NCBI GenBank assembly: GCA_028291765.1
Contig: JAQGNR010000009.1
Location: 3,223 to 67,222 of the forward strand
From: Herbaspirillum sp.
Lineage (GTDB): Bacteria; Pseudomonadota; Gammaproteobacteria; Burkholderiales; Burkholderiaceae_D
Reading direction: 5' to 3'
Length of the DNA: 64,000 nucleotides
In this document: piece by piece, positions 39,595 to 48,542 of the stretch
How the letters are laid out: each line of letters begins with the position of its first letter
Position numbering within the stretch: the first letter of the stretch is position 1
Notes under the pieces: generated by a model
What the model saw: only the letters and a program-made list of their open reading frames with translations
Database searches by the model: none
Told to the model about the DNA's origin: nothing
Made by a program: the position numbers and the translations under genes

Positions 39595-40734
39595 ATGAAC
39601 GAAAAAAAAATCCCATTTAACTGGCCACATATGACCGGTAAAGAATTGCAGTACATTGCAGAAGCCCATGCAAATGGATGTTTGGCTGGCGATGGACCTT
39701 TTACCAAACTATGCCATGAATGGCTGGAAGAGCGTACTAAATGCTCTAAAGCATTACTGACGCACTCATGTACCGCCGCCTTAGAGATGGCCGCTTTGCT
39801 GCTGGACATTCGTCCCGGCGATGAAATTATTATGCCTTCCTACACGTTTGTTTCGACAGCAAACGCATTCGTCTTGAGAGGTGGCGTGCCGGTATTTGTT
39901 GATATTCGGGAAGATACGTTGAACTTGGATGAGAGTTTGATTGAGGCAGCTATTACGTCACGTACACGCGCGATCGCTCCTGTTCATTATGCTGGTGTAG
40001 CCTGTGAAATGGATACGATCATGTCCATTTCCAAGCATCATGGACTGAAAGTGGTGGAAGATGCCGCCCAAGGCGTGATGGCAAGCTATAAAGGCCGTGC
40101 TTTGGGCAGCATCGGTGACCTGGGGGCCTATAGTTTTCATGAAACAAAGAATGTGATTTCGGGAGAAGGCGGTGCGCTGTTGGTCAATGATCCGCAGTTA
40201 GTGTTGCGCGCTGAAATTATCAGAGAAAAAGGTACCGATCGTAGTCGTTTTTTTCGAGGCGAAGTCGACAAGTACACATGGCAGGAGGTCGGCTCATCCT
40301 TTCTACCTGGAGAATTAATTGCTGCCTTTCTTTCGGCACAACTTGAAGAGGGAGACCGGATCACTCAAAAGCGTTTAGCTGTGTGGCAGCGTTATCACGA
40401 GTTACTTCACCCCTTAGAAACCAGCGGCGCTCTTCGTCGTCCCATCGTACCTGATGAATGCCAGCATAACGCGCACATGTATTACGTGATACTTGCAGAT
40501 GGAATTGATCGGCAGAAAGTATTAGAAGAATTTAGACATGAAGGTATTTCGTCTGTGTTCCATTACGTTCCGCTTCATTCATCGCCAGCAGGTCAGAAGT
40601 ACAGTAGGGTCCATGGGACGTTGGATATGACAGATCGTCAATCCGAGCGATTAGTTCGTTTACCCCTTTGGGTCGAACTAACGGATGTGGAGCAAAATAG
40701 GGTCGTTGACTTACTCACCCGCGCGGTTTCTTGA
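39595..40734 (+). CDS. wecE: dTDP-4-amino-4,6-dideoxy-D-galactose (Fuc4N) transaminase-like, DegT/WecE family
   Basis: Long blocks match my recollection of E. coli WecE: EMAALLLDIRPGDEIIMPSYTFVSTANAFVLRG, HYAGVACEMDTIM, VEDAAQGVMASYKGRALGSIG, FHETKN, AEIIREKGTDRSRFFRGEVDKYTW, VFHYVPLHSSPAG and SERLVRLPL. Confidence 0.88.
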   Translation: MNEKKIPFNWPHMTGKELQYIAEAHANGCLAGDGPFTKLCHEWLEERTKCSKALLTHSCTAALEMAALLLDIRPGDEIIMPSYTFVSTANAFVLRGGVPVFVDIREDTLNLDESLIEAAITSRTRAIAPVHYAGVACEMDTIMSISKHHGLKVVEDAAQGVMASYKGRALGSIGDLGAYSFHETKNVISGEGGALLVNDPQLVLRAEIIREKGTDRSRFFRGEVDKYTWQEVGSSFLPGELIAAFLSAQLEEGDRITQKRLAVWQRYHELLHPLETSGALRRPIVPDECQHNAHMYYVILADGIDRQKVLEEFRHEGISSVFHYVPLHSSPAGQKYSRVHGTLDMTDRQSERLVRLPLWVELTDVEQNRVVDLLTRAVS

Positions 40735-40756
40735 CAATCAAAGCATTCATTAAATT

Positions 40757-41167
40757 TTAGTTCATGGCATTGCGTTTGCCGAAGCCGAAAACCCAAAATC
40801 GTGTCAAAAGAAACGAGGGAATTGATCCAAGTAGCGCCGCGACCAGAAAACCAGTGCGTTCACCATACGGTGTACCAAACCCTGCATCGATTACGTGGCG
40901 ACATATCGGTGAAAGAAACGATACCAAAGCCATAATGATCAAATTCGACACGACAAAACGCCAAAACAGTCCGCGTCGACCAAATATCCAAGACCGCTGA
41001 ATCAAAAAATTGACAATGATGAGCGGCATATAAGTTAACGCGCTTGCAAAAGAGTAAGCAATAGCTGAGTCGCTGCTCATCATTTTATAGATCAATAATT
41101 GCAGTGCCGTAGCGGCGACACCAAGAATGCCCCCATTAATAAAAAATTTTAGATATTGACGAATCAT
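40757..41167 (-). CDS. GtrA-family membrane protein
   Basis: MIRQYLKFFINGGILGVAATALQLLIYKMM..., with four hydrophobic segments. ATG 41167 gives an ATGA overlap with the upstream stop; the track start at 41227 is less likely. Confidence 0.7.
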   Translation of the reverse strand: MIRQYLKFFINGGILGVAATALQLLIYKMMSSDSAIAYSFASALTYMPLIIVNFLIQRSWIFGRRGLFWRFVVSNLIIMALVSFLSPICRHVIDAGFGTPYGERTGFLVAALLGSIPSFLLTRFWVFGFGKRNAMN

Positions 41168-41964
41168 GCTCGTTTGCGAATCACAATAATTTGATGCAAA
41201 GACCAATGCCGTGCAAGTGGCCGACACAGGGATTCGATCAAAGCCAATGGACGAGCCATGAATGAGGGCATTAGCTGACGGAAATTCAGACCGCCAGAAA
41301 ACAGGTAGCGTAATGCATTCAATTCGAAACCGCGATGGACGATTTCCAATTGTTTGCCAAACAAAGCTTCAAATCGCAGCAAATCACGCTGAAACACAAT
41401 GTGTGCCATTGCCTGATTTGCCCCCGAAAGAGGTCCACCGATCTCAGCAGTACGCCAATTTGGTGCGTTGGGATCGAAATGCTCGTCACTATGCAAATGT
41501 CGATGCAATAACTGAGAAGCAAAACCCCCGTGCGGTTCGATCAGGATACAGCCGCCGCCCGGGCGTAGAACACGCGTCAACTCTGCAAAGAAACTCTCTG
41601 GGTCGGGCAAATGATGAAATACATTAATGGCATATATGCAACGTACCGAATCGTCATTCAGCGCCATTGCCTGGGCATTGATCTCCATGTCAATGTGAGG
41701 CCCTTTTCGAACATCAGAAGTTATAAGTGCAGGACGTATACTCTTGAAAAAGCCGGCTCCTGTACCAAGCTCAATCTCCGTTCCCGAAACAACAAGGTAC
41801 CGGTCACATAAGCTAGCCATATCACGATAGAACGTTTCGAACGTTGAACGAAGCAACCGTTTTTTGAGCAAGATACTGGTATGTATATCAAGCAGAATAT
41901 TGTCGTCGACATCAACTCCGCGTACCTGGGAAGCGTAAAACCATTGGCGTAATTGCTTGAGCAT
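41164..41964 (-). CDS. Class I SAM-dependent methyltransferase
   Basis: Contains EIELGTGAGFF, IYAINVFHHLPDPESFFAELTRVLRPGGGCILIEP. Confidence 0.75.
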   Translation of the reverse strand: MLKQLRQWFYASQVRGVDVDDNILLDIHTSILLKKRLLRSTFETFYRDMASLCDRYLVVSGTEIELGTGAGFFKSIRPALITSDVRKGPHIDMEINAQAMALNDDSVRCIYAINVFHHLPDPESFFAELTRVLRPGGGCILIEPHGGFASQLLHRHLHSDEHFDPNAPNWRTAEIGGPLSGANQAMAHIVFQRDLLRFEALFGKQLEIVHRGFELNALRYLFSGGLNFRQLMPSFMARPLALIESLCRPLARHWSLHQIIVIRKRA

Positions 41965-41968
41965 GTAT

Positions 41969-42775
41969 TCAATCCTCTAATGTAGAAACATGTTGTGCAG
42001 CCTGATTGGCTAGGAAACCCGTAAGACTATCTTCATTAACGGGGATCGGTATATTTAGCAATTTAGCGGTACGTAGCCCCAAAACGATTAACGAGGCTGG
42101 TACAAAAATAATCCAGGGACGATGTCCAACTTCGGCAGCCGCATTCAACACTAACTGACGCAGACTGAATAATTGTTTCTCAAATAGATTTGCTTGAGGC
42201 ACTCGCTCGTAATTCGCGGCCAAGGTCAAGGTTTCCCGGCAAAGCTTTTCAATCGTAATGACAGGCACCAGCCCATACCCCCCATCAGGCAATGGAATTA
42301 GCGGTAAACGGCGAGCCCATTTACAAATCCTGCCATATATTCCTCCAGTTCCCAAAACTAGTCCTGGACGAACAATGACAATATCTGTCGCACCGGCCAA
42401 GCTCTGCTCTATGGCCAGCTTGGTCTGTCCGTAAAGCGAAGTGGCATGATCCCCAGCTGAATATGAAGAGAAGAAAATTTGCCGTCCGACACCCGCTTCA
42501 CGTAATTGGGTGACACACTTAAGCGTTTCATTCAGTGTCAATTGCGCACCGGCTGCCCCGGAAAAGTCATGCGCCAGATGGAAAGCACAGTCCACATCTT
42601 CCAGCGCAATCGCGGGTATCGGCGCCCCGAAGGCCCATTTCAATGTAATACCACCGTTAAAATTCTCCACCGCGCCGGAGCGACAAAGGGTGATTACCTC
42701 ATGGCCCTGTTCAAAGGCATAGCGGGCCAGATTGGCACCGATGAAGCCAGCACCACCGATGATTAATATCCGCAT
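41969..42775 (-). CDS. NAD-dependent epimerase/reductase (extended SDR)
   Basis: Contains MRILIIGGAGFIGANL and SLYGQTKLAIE (YxxxK). It overlaps the upstream GMC gene by 13 nt. Confidence 0.8.
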   Translation of the reverse strand: MRILIIGGAGFIGANLARYAFEQGHEVITLCRSGAVENFNGGITLKWAFGAPIPAIALEDVDCAFHLAHDFSGAAGAQLTLNETLKCVTQLREAGVGRQIFFSSYSAGDHATSLYGQTKLAIEQSLAGATDIVIVRPGLVLGTGGIYGRICKWARRLPLIPLPDGGYGLVPVITIEKLCRETLTLAANYERVPQANLFEKQLFSLRQLVLNAAAEVGHRPWIIFVPASLIVLGLRTAKLLNIPIPVNEDSLTGFLANQAAQHVSTLED

Positions 42776-44343
42776 TTCAAGGTCTCGTCTGCGATACGGG
42801 CGGCATTGGCCATTAGGGTCAAGGAATGATTTTTGGCAGGTAAGCTAGGAAGAACGCTGCCATCTACAATACGGACCCGCTTGCTATCCCACAATCTGCC
42901 ATCGATATGTGTCTCAAAAGGCCCAGGATAATGGCGCATCGGCAAACAGGCGGCATGGTGAAAACCCCAGCCCGGGGGAGACATTGAGGCAAGACGTTGA
43001 AGCGAATAAGCACCCAACGGCCGTAGCGCAGCAAGCAGTTTTTGGATCATATTGCCTTGAGAAAGTCGATGAGGATAATCAATCCTAATCGATCCATCAG
43101 ATTCGACACTAAGTTGATTTCCAGCAACAGGCTTGGACGTTTCCCAAATTTGGGCGACTAACATGCCCCCGATCAAATTAGGTAATAGTCGTATAGCGGA
43201 ATTTAAGGGTAACGGAATATCGGCAAGCAAGTCGGCCCAAAGAAGCGCGCCAGGATAATAAAAGCTGATCATGTTGCTGCGGGCCAGTCCGCCAAGAGTT
43301 GCCACGAGTTGTATGGGGAAACTTTGGGACGGGAAAGCGGCGCCGAATTTTTTTGGAATGAAGAGCGGCAGCAATGTCGGGGGATGGTCGATAAACGGCA
43401 GTTTCCGTCCGAACTCCTGCTTGTTCAATAAAACCAGACGAGCAGTTTGCATCGTGCCGCAACCTAAAAGAAGATGTCGAGCCCTTATCGTTTTGATTAC
43501 ATCATCGTTTCCTACGCACAGATCGATCTCGACATGCTCTGCCGATTCACGATAAGCGACCAGACGATGACCACCGAGATATGTCAAGCTTCCGCGAGTA
43601 ATCAATTCTTTGAGCGTACGCCGTGCTGTGTAAATCCCAGACTGTTCAGTAGAAAAGAATTCGGTTTCACCGAATTCATGTTGACTATATCCCCGATGCG
43701 GTTGAGTAAGAACGGCCAGTCTGGAGCGGCCTAATCGGAAATTTGCCTCATTAGTACGCTTGCGACGCATGCGATAACGGGTGAGAAGATATTCCGCAGC
43801 TGAAACGATCGGCGCCGGCGGCAGCATTCCTGTAGTTTCACCTAGAAAGCTATGCATATCGTCAACCTCACCTGCGATGCCGATATGTGCCTCCAGGTCT
43901 GCATAGTAACTATCTAGCGCGGCGGCTTTGAATGGCCAATCGCCGGCTTCGTCCAAATCTTTGTCGGTGTAGCGAAATAGTTGAGCGCCCCAGGCGTTTG
44001 ACATTCCCCCTGCAGCATAGCTGCCGGCGCCCTGGAGGAGACATTTATTTGCATCATCGAAGACGCGAAAAGTTTTGCCACCCAATATGTAACCCACGTT
44101 TGGCAAGCGCAATTTGGCATGAACGCGGCCGGGGTCAATCAGGTTCCCAAGCATCTCCCAGCGATGACCAAGCAAGGATTCGAAATCCCCGGATGCGAGT
44201 CCTCCGCGGAGCGTTGCGTGAGGAAAATTCCCCTGCGGTAAATCTCCTACATCGACGATGCAAACGTCCTTCCCTTCAAGACGGCGCCCTGCAGCGACTC
44301 CCGCTGGGCCGGAGCCCACGATCACATAATCAAAGGAGTCCAT
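42763..44343 (-). CDS. GMC-family FAD-dependent oxidoreductase
   Basis: Contains FDYVIVGSGPAGVAAGRRL and the C-terminal VDGSVLPSLPAKNHSLTLMANAARIAD. Confidence 0.75.
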   Translation of the reverse strand: MDSFDYVIVGSGPAGVAAGRRLEGKDVCIVDVGDLPQGNFPHATLRGGLASGDFESLLGHRWEMLGNLIDPGRVHAKLRLPNVGYILGGKTFRVFDDANKCLLQGAGSYAAGGMSNAWGAQLFRYTDKDLDEAGDWPFKAAALDSYYADLEAHIGIAGEVDDMHSFLGETTGMLPPAPIVSAAEYLLTRYRMRRKRTNEANFRLGRSRLAVLTQPHRGYSQHEFGETEFFSTEQSGIYTARRTLKELITRGSLTYLGGHRLVAYRESAEHVEIDLCVGNDDVIKTIRARHLLLGCGTMQTARLVLLNKQEFGRKLPFIDHPPTLLPLFIPKKFGAAFPSQSFPIQLVATLGGLARSNMISFYYPGALLWADLLADIPLPLNSAIRLLPNLIGGMLVAQIWETSKPVAGNQLSVESDGSIRIDYPHRLSQGNMIQKLLAALRPLGAYSLQRLASMSPPGWGFHHAACLPMRHYPGPFETHIDGRLWDSKRVRIVDGSVLPSLPAKNHSLTLMANAARIADETLKCGY

Positions 44344-44824
44344 ACCAAGTCTTTTGCAAACGTCCGTGGATTAACCTGAACAGAGCCGAGGTCATAATAA
44401 AAACCATACTTGTCAGAGCTCTTGCAAATCCGCCTGAACAACGCACGAATTCGGAATGGCTTGCGTCTGATTCCGCCAGATATGACAGCAACAATAACTT
44501 TGCGCTCAAGATGTGGCGTTTTGTGCCGCCACGCAACCAGGGTTCTATGCCCATGGCGTCTAACTGTCGAGCGACGACAATGGATACTGTACCCAGTTGA
44601 AGTGGGGGGGCTGTACGCAATTCTTTAATTTCCTCGTGCGCACGAAAATATCTATCGATGATTTCGGAAGATGGATCTCTGTGGAATAGGCAACGATGTA
44701 AATAACATACCTCTTGCTTCATCGCCTCGCGTTCAATCGCTGGCGATGCTATATCCGCAAGAGAGGCATCAGTATTTTTCAATTGATTGTTCACATCCTC
44801 AGCGATTGAGAAGTTCACGTTCAA
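44330..44824 (-). CDS. Hypothetical protein (no family recognised); start uncertain
   Basis: The ORF is wedged with overlaps between the GT2 and the GMC oxidoreductase. Candidate starts are TTG 44824, GTG 44818 and ATG 44722. It contains a C7 tract. Confidence 0.4.
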   Translation of the reverse strand: MNVNFSIAEDVNNQLKNTDASLADIASPAIEREAMKQEVCYLHRCLFHRDPSSEIIDRYFRAHEEIKELRTAPPLQLGTVSIVVARQLDAMGIEPWLRGGTKRHILSAKLLLLSYLAESDASHSEFVRCSGGFARALTSMVFIMTSALFRLIHGRLQKTWYGLL

Positions 44825-45731
44825 AATTAGACTTATCCTGATGGGTGATCGAATCGAGAATCAGGCCAATCGCCGCGAAAATGATCGCAACAATTTCCAA
44901 ACCGGTAGCAAGAATGGCTAGCGGCACATGTCGAATATATTGCTCGCGCATCCAATCCTGAAATACAGGAATACCCGCGACAAATCCTATAAAGGCAAAG
45001 AAAAGTGCGGCGCCGCCGAAGAAAGTCAACGGTCGGTAGTATCGCAAGATGCGAGCAATAGTACTTATGACTTTAGCGCCATCATGCAAAGTATTTAATT
45101 TCGAAAAACTACCTGCCGGGCGGTCACGATAATTGATAGGTATCTCAATAATTCGAAAGCGTTTGTCCAAAGCATGCAAAGTCATATCGGTTTCTATTTC
45201 AAATCCCTCAACTAGAATTGGATAGCTCTTCACAAACAGTCTATTGAACACTCGGTAACCGCTCATTATGTCAGCCAACTTGGCGCGGAAAAGCTTATTG
45301 ACCAAATAACGTACCAACGAATTTCCCAATCCATGCAAAGCACGCTTGTTTTCGGCGGCATAATGTCCGGCACTATGCCGATCGCCGACGACCATATCGG
45401 CTTCATTGGCAATGATTGGCGCAATTAATTCCATGGCCTGTTCAGCCGGATACGTCGAATCCGCATCTGCAAGAACATAGATATCGGCTTCGACGTCAAG
45501 GAAAGCGCGTCTGACAGCATTTCCTTTCCCCGGCCGTTGTTCATTGATAACGCCACCCTTGCATCCAATTAGCAAAAGCGTTTTATTTGCCAGCGATTCG
45601 GTAGTATCAGTTGAGCGATTGTTGATTACCCATACTTCTGCCTCAGGTAAGGCACGGTGAAAATCACCGATGGTAGCTGCAATTGTTTGTTCTTCATTAT
45701 ATGCGGGCAAGATAACTGCAATCTTATTCAT
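44799..45731 (-). CDS. GT2, polyprenyl-phosphate glycosyltransferase type with two C-terminal TM helices
   Basis: Contains MNKIAVILPAYNEEQTIAATI...VWVINNRSTDTT, LADADSTYP and C-terminal hydrophobic segments. The start is taken at ATG 45731. Confidence 0.8.
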   Translation of the reverse strand: MNKIAVILPAYNEEQTIAATIGDFHRALPEAEVWVINNRSTDTTESLANKTLLLIGCKGGVINEQRPGKGNAVRRAFLDVEADIYVLADADSTYPAEQAMELIAPIIANEADMVVGDRHSAGHYAAENKRALHGLGNSLVRYLVNKLFRAKLADIMSGYRVFNRLFVKSYPILVEGFEIETDMTLHALDKRFRIIEIPINYRDRPAGSFSKLNTLHDGAKVISTIARILRYYRPLTFFGGAALFFAFIGFVAGIPVFQDWMREQYIRHVPLAILATGLEIVAIIFAAIGLILDSITHQDKSNFERELLNR

Positions 45732-45752
45732 CAAAAATTCTCTCATGCAAAA

Positions 45753-45777
45753 TCCATTGCAGACTGTGTGCAATGGA
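45753..45777 (-). terminator. 9-bp stem hairpin followed by TTTT on the minus strand (weak terminator/attenuator candidate)
   Basis: The sequence is tccattgca-gactgtg-tgcaatgga. On the transcribed strand it is followed by ttttgcatgagag and the GT2 ATG. Confidence 0.3.
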
Positions 45778-45970
45778 CATCTTGTTCATCGATATAGCAT
45801 AGAATTGCCGCATAAAAATGCCACATTGTATACGCCAAGAAAAGGATGTACCACAATTTTTGGTGCTGGTTATTACAGGTCATCCCATGCTTCGCATCAG
45901 CGTCGCCCCTCTCCGCTGGCTTCTTGTACTTGATAAAAATCCGGGCATGCGAACTGACAGCGTTACGAGA

Positions 45971-48439
45971 TCAGTCTGCGGTGCGTAGCGATATTTCCCG
46001 TATGTTCACCGCTTGGTCAGTTTGGCCCCCACCGTAAACAATTGCCTTTACCGCGCCTTCGGGACGAGTAATCACGCGCCGGATCGTAATGCCTTCGGGC
46101 TTGCAGGGATGGAGCTCAATGTCGGTGGAAATAAATACATCTTTGGCATTTGTCCAATTAATCTGCGAACGAAACAAATCATTTTCAGGACAAGCCACTT
46201 TCATTTCCAATAATGCTTTCTTATTCAGACCAAAATCGACCGTCTGCGTAATTGCGGAATTCACAGATGCATCGACCCCAGAAGCAGTCGGAATCGCACC
46301 GTTAAGTTTCCATGAAGGTTCCAGTTTGTGCAAATCGGGCCCTACAATACGCTCTCGTGTATACAGCAGTTCTGGCTTGACCAAACCCACACGGATGTTG
46401 TGAAACCTGAATACTTCGTCAGTCAAATTCATCACTTCAGCTTCATGCGGTTCATTCTGGCCTATTGTATGAACTATCACCTCAATGCCCAATTGTCCGA
46501 TAAGCCTGCCGAAGTGGGTAAATTTGATATCCGACGTAAAGAAAGACCAGGAATGCCAGGAGTCTGCAATAGTTCCCCCAGGAAAATGACTGAAAACCGG
46601 ATCGGTTCCCAACACTAAAATCTGTCGATGGCTCAGGTCATCCATTTTACGAATAATGTCGCCGACTACCGCGACAGGCTTATTACGCACCAGAAAAGCC
46701 TCACCGGCAGCGCGATCTAAGAACAGGGATGGGTCAAATTGCTGAAGCGGCCCGGACGCGACGGGAAATCGCGCCAAATTAATAAGGCATAAAACCGATA
46801 CAAGCAAAGTTGTGCTGATACGAGGGTATGCAATTCCTGAAAGCGCCCAACAGCCCAAAATAAGAAACCAGGGAATAATCTGATATATATAGCGCAGATA
46901 CGCTTGCGAATTGAACACCAAAACGACATAAAACATCGCGGCCATTATGGCAGTTAACATTGCCCAGCGACGATGAACGATCGCACTTAAAACCGATAGT
47001 GGAAAAAATATTAACAATACAATTCCGACCGCCCCATTTGCTGCGGATTCGCCAAACCCTTTGGAACTAATTACCGCATCCCAAAATAACTGGATGCTTA
47101 ATGGCTTCTCATACATCGGATTCGAAAATCCCCGGCCATTACCAAAGACGCTACCAGTACTAAAAAATGGAGAATGAAATATGTCGTTATAGAAGGGAAA
47201 AAACGGATTCCCAGTTTTCCAATAGGCCACGAGGTAAGGAGGCAGCCCGCAGACGAAGAAGGCAATAACTGCAATTGCAACTACCGCAAATGTTACGGAC
47301 TGAAATTTCCCTGTCCTGGAACGTATCCAGGCACCGGCAAGCAGTAACGGAATAATGGGTGCGCCAAGCAATTTAATTGCACAGGCGTATCCTGCGGTGA
47401 CACCCATTACAAACCAACGGCCATTCGTTACATTGGTGGTGCCAATTAGTTCGGCAAAACAGATTAAAAAATAAAATCCAAGTGCCGACTCTACGAAAAC
47501 ACTGCTTGCAATCATAAGTGTTAACGGCAAAGTCAAAAGGATCGCAGGCACCGTCAACGCAGCCAACGATCCGACACGGTGCTTCATCATTCGATATGAG
47601 AGCCATGCAGTAGCAAACAGGAACGAAGAGGACATCAGCCTCGCTCCTTGCTCCCCGCCTAAAAAATATGAGGGGACCAAGAGCCAGTTGGCACCCATGG
47701 GCTCAACCGCCCAGGTGTACTGCGTAACATCAAACTTCCAAAGTTTGGACTCAAGAATACGGGCGGGAATATTAAGATGCATCGATAACGCATCATGTCC
47801 GATATCCGGCAACATCGTCACCATCAATACCAGAGTGGCACCAGCTAAAACAAATGCAAGGATGATAATTTCAGGCCACGGGCGTCGCTGGAACGCAAGC
47901 AAATTTTCTAACTTTATATGAAGCCTGCCATTTTTTTGAAGTCTGCACGCACTAAAGAGCGCCGCAGATGAAAACAAAACAAAAAGTACAGCAGGGGTGC
48001 AAATTGGAAAATGCACTAATAACCCTATTAATGATCCGATAATGGCAAATCCCACAGCACAATCACGAGTAGTCCAGATATGCCCATCAGCATCCTCGCT
48101 CAATCCAAGAATATATCCGCCAATTAGCGCCGCACATAACCAAAACCAGACAACGGACATGAGGGGGCCTAGTCCAGTCAATCCGACGCATAAAATCAAA
48201 GACGGAACAATCAGGAAAAGAAATGGTATCCGCAGTCTCAGCAAAATAATGTAGCCGATCAAACCGATGGCAAGGCACTCACGAAAATTTCTTCCCACAA
48301 CTCCTGAGGACCAAATGACTTCTTTCCACCAACCTTGCGTTACTGTTGCGCCAAACCCGATACCTAGCAGTGACAGCGCGACAATCAACAATACTATTGA
48401 CCACACTTGCTCGTTATTTTTTTTCATGCGAATTTTCAT
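45971..48439 (-). CDS. Large GT-C-like polytopic membrane glycosyltransferase with a soluble C-terminal domain of about 250 aa
   Basis: About 16 hydrophobic segments are followed by a hydrophilic C-terminus. The start is taken at ATG 48439, which is preceded by gagg; the track start at 48601 overlaps the acyltransferase gene. Confidence 0.65.
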   Translation of the reverse strand: MKIRMKKNNEQVWSIVLLIVALSLLGIGFGATVTQGWWKEVIWSSGVVGRNFRECLAIGLIGYIILLRLRIPFLFLIVPSLILCVGLTGLGPLMSVVWFWLCAALIGGYILGLSEDADGHIWTTRDCAVGFAIIGSLIGLLVHFPICTPAVLFVLFSSAALFSACRLQKNGRLHIKLENLLAFQRRPWPEIIILAFVLAGATLVLMVTMLPDIGHDALSMHLNIPARILESKLWKFDVTQYTWAVEPMGANWLLVPSYFLGGEQGARLMSSSFLFATAWLSYRMMKHRVGSLAALTVPAILLTLPLTLMIASSVFVESALGFYFLICFAELIGTTNVTNGRWFVMGVTAGYACAIKLLGAPIIPLLLAGAWIRSRTGKFQSVTFAVVAIAVIAFFVCGLPPYLVAYWKTGNPFFPFYNDIFHSPFFSTGSVFGNGRGFSNPMYEKPLSIQLFWDAVISSKGFGESAANGAVGIVLLIFFPLSVLSAIVHRRWAMLTAIMAAMFYVVLVFNSQAYLRYIYQIIPWFLILGCWALSGIAYPRISTTLLVSVLCLINLARFPVASGPLQQFDPSLFLDRAAGEAFLVRNKPVAVVGDIIRKMDDLSHRQILVLGTDPVFSHFPGGTIADSWHSWSFFTSDIKFTHFGRLIGQLGIEVIVHTIGQNEPHEAEVMNLTDEVFRFHNIRVGLVKPELLYTRERIVGPDLHKLEPSWKLNGAIPTASGVDASVNSAITQTVDFGLNKKALLEMKVACPENDLFRSQINWTNAKDVFISTDIELHPCKPEGITIRRVITRPEGAVKAIVYGGGQTDQAVNIREISLRTAD

Positions 48440-48542
48440 AACCTCAACTCTATTTCGCGAAACCACTTGCAGATGCCACCAATGACCCGAAACTGAAGGC
48501 AACAAACCTTCAATATGCGCAATCAATTTGACTTTCGCTCCA

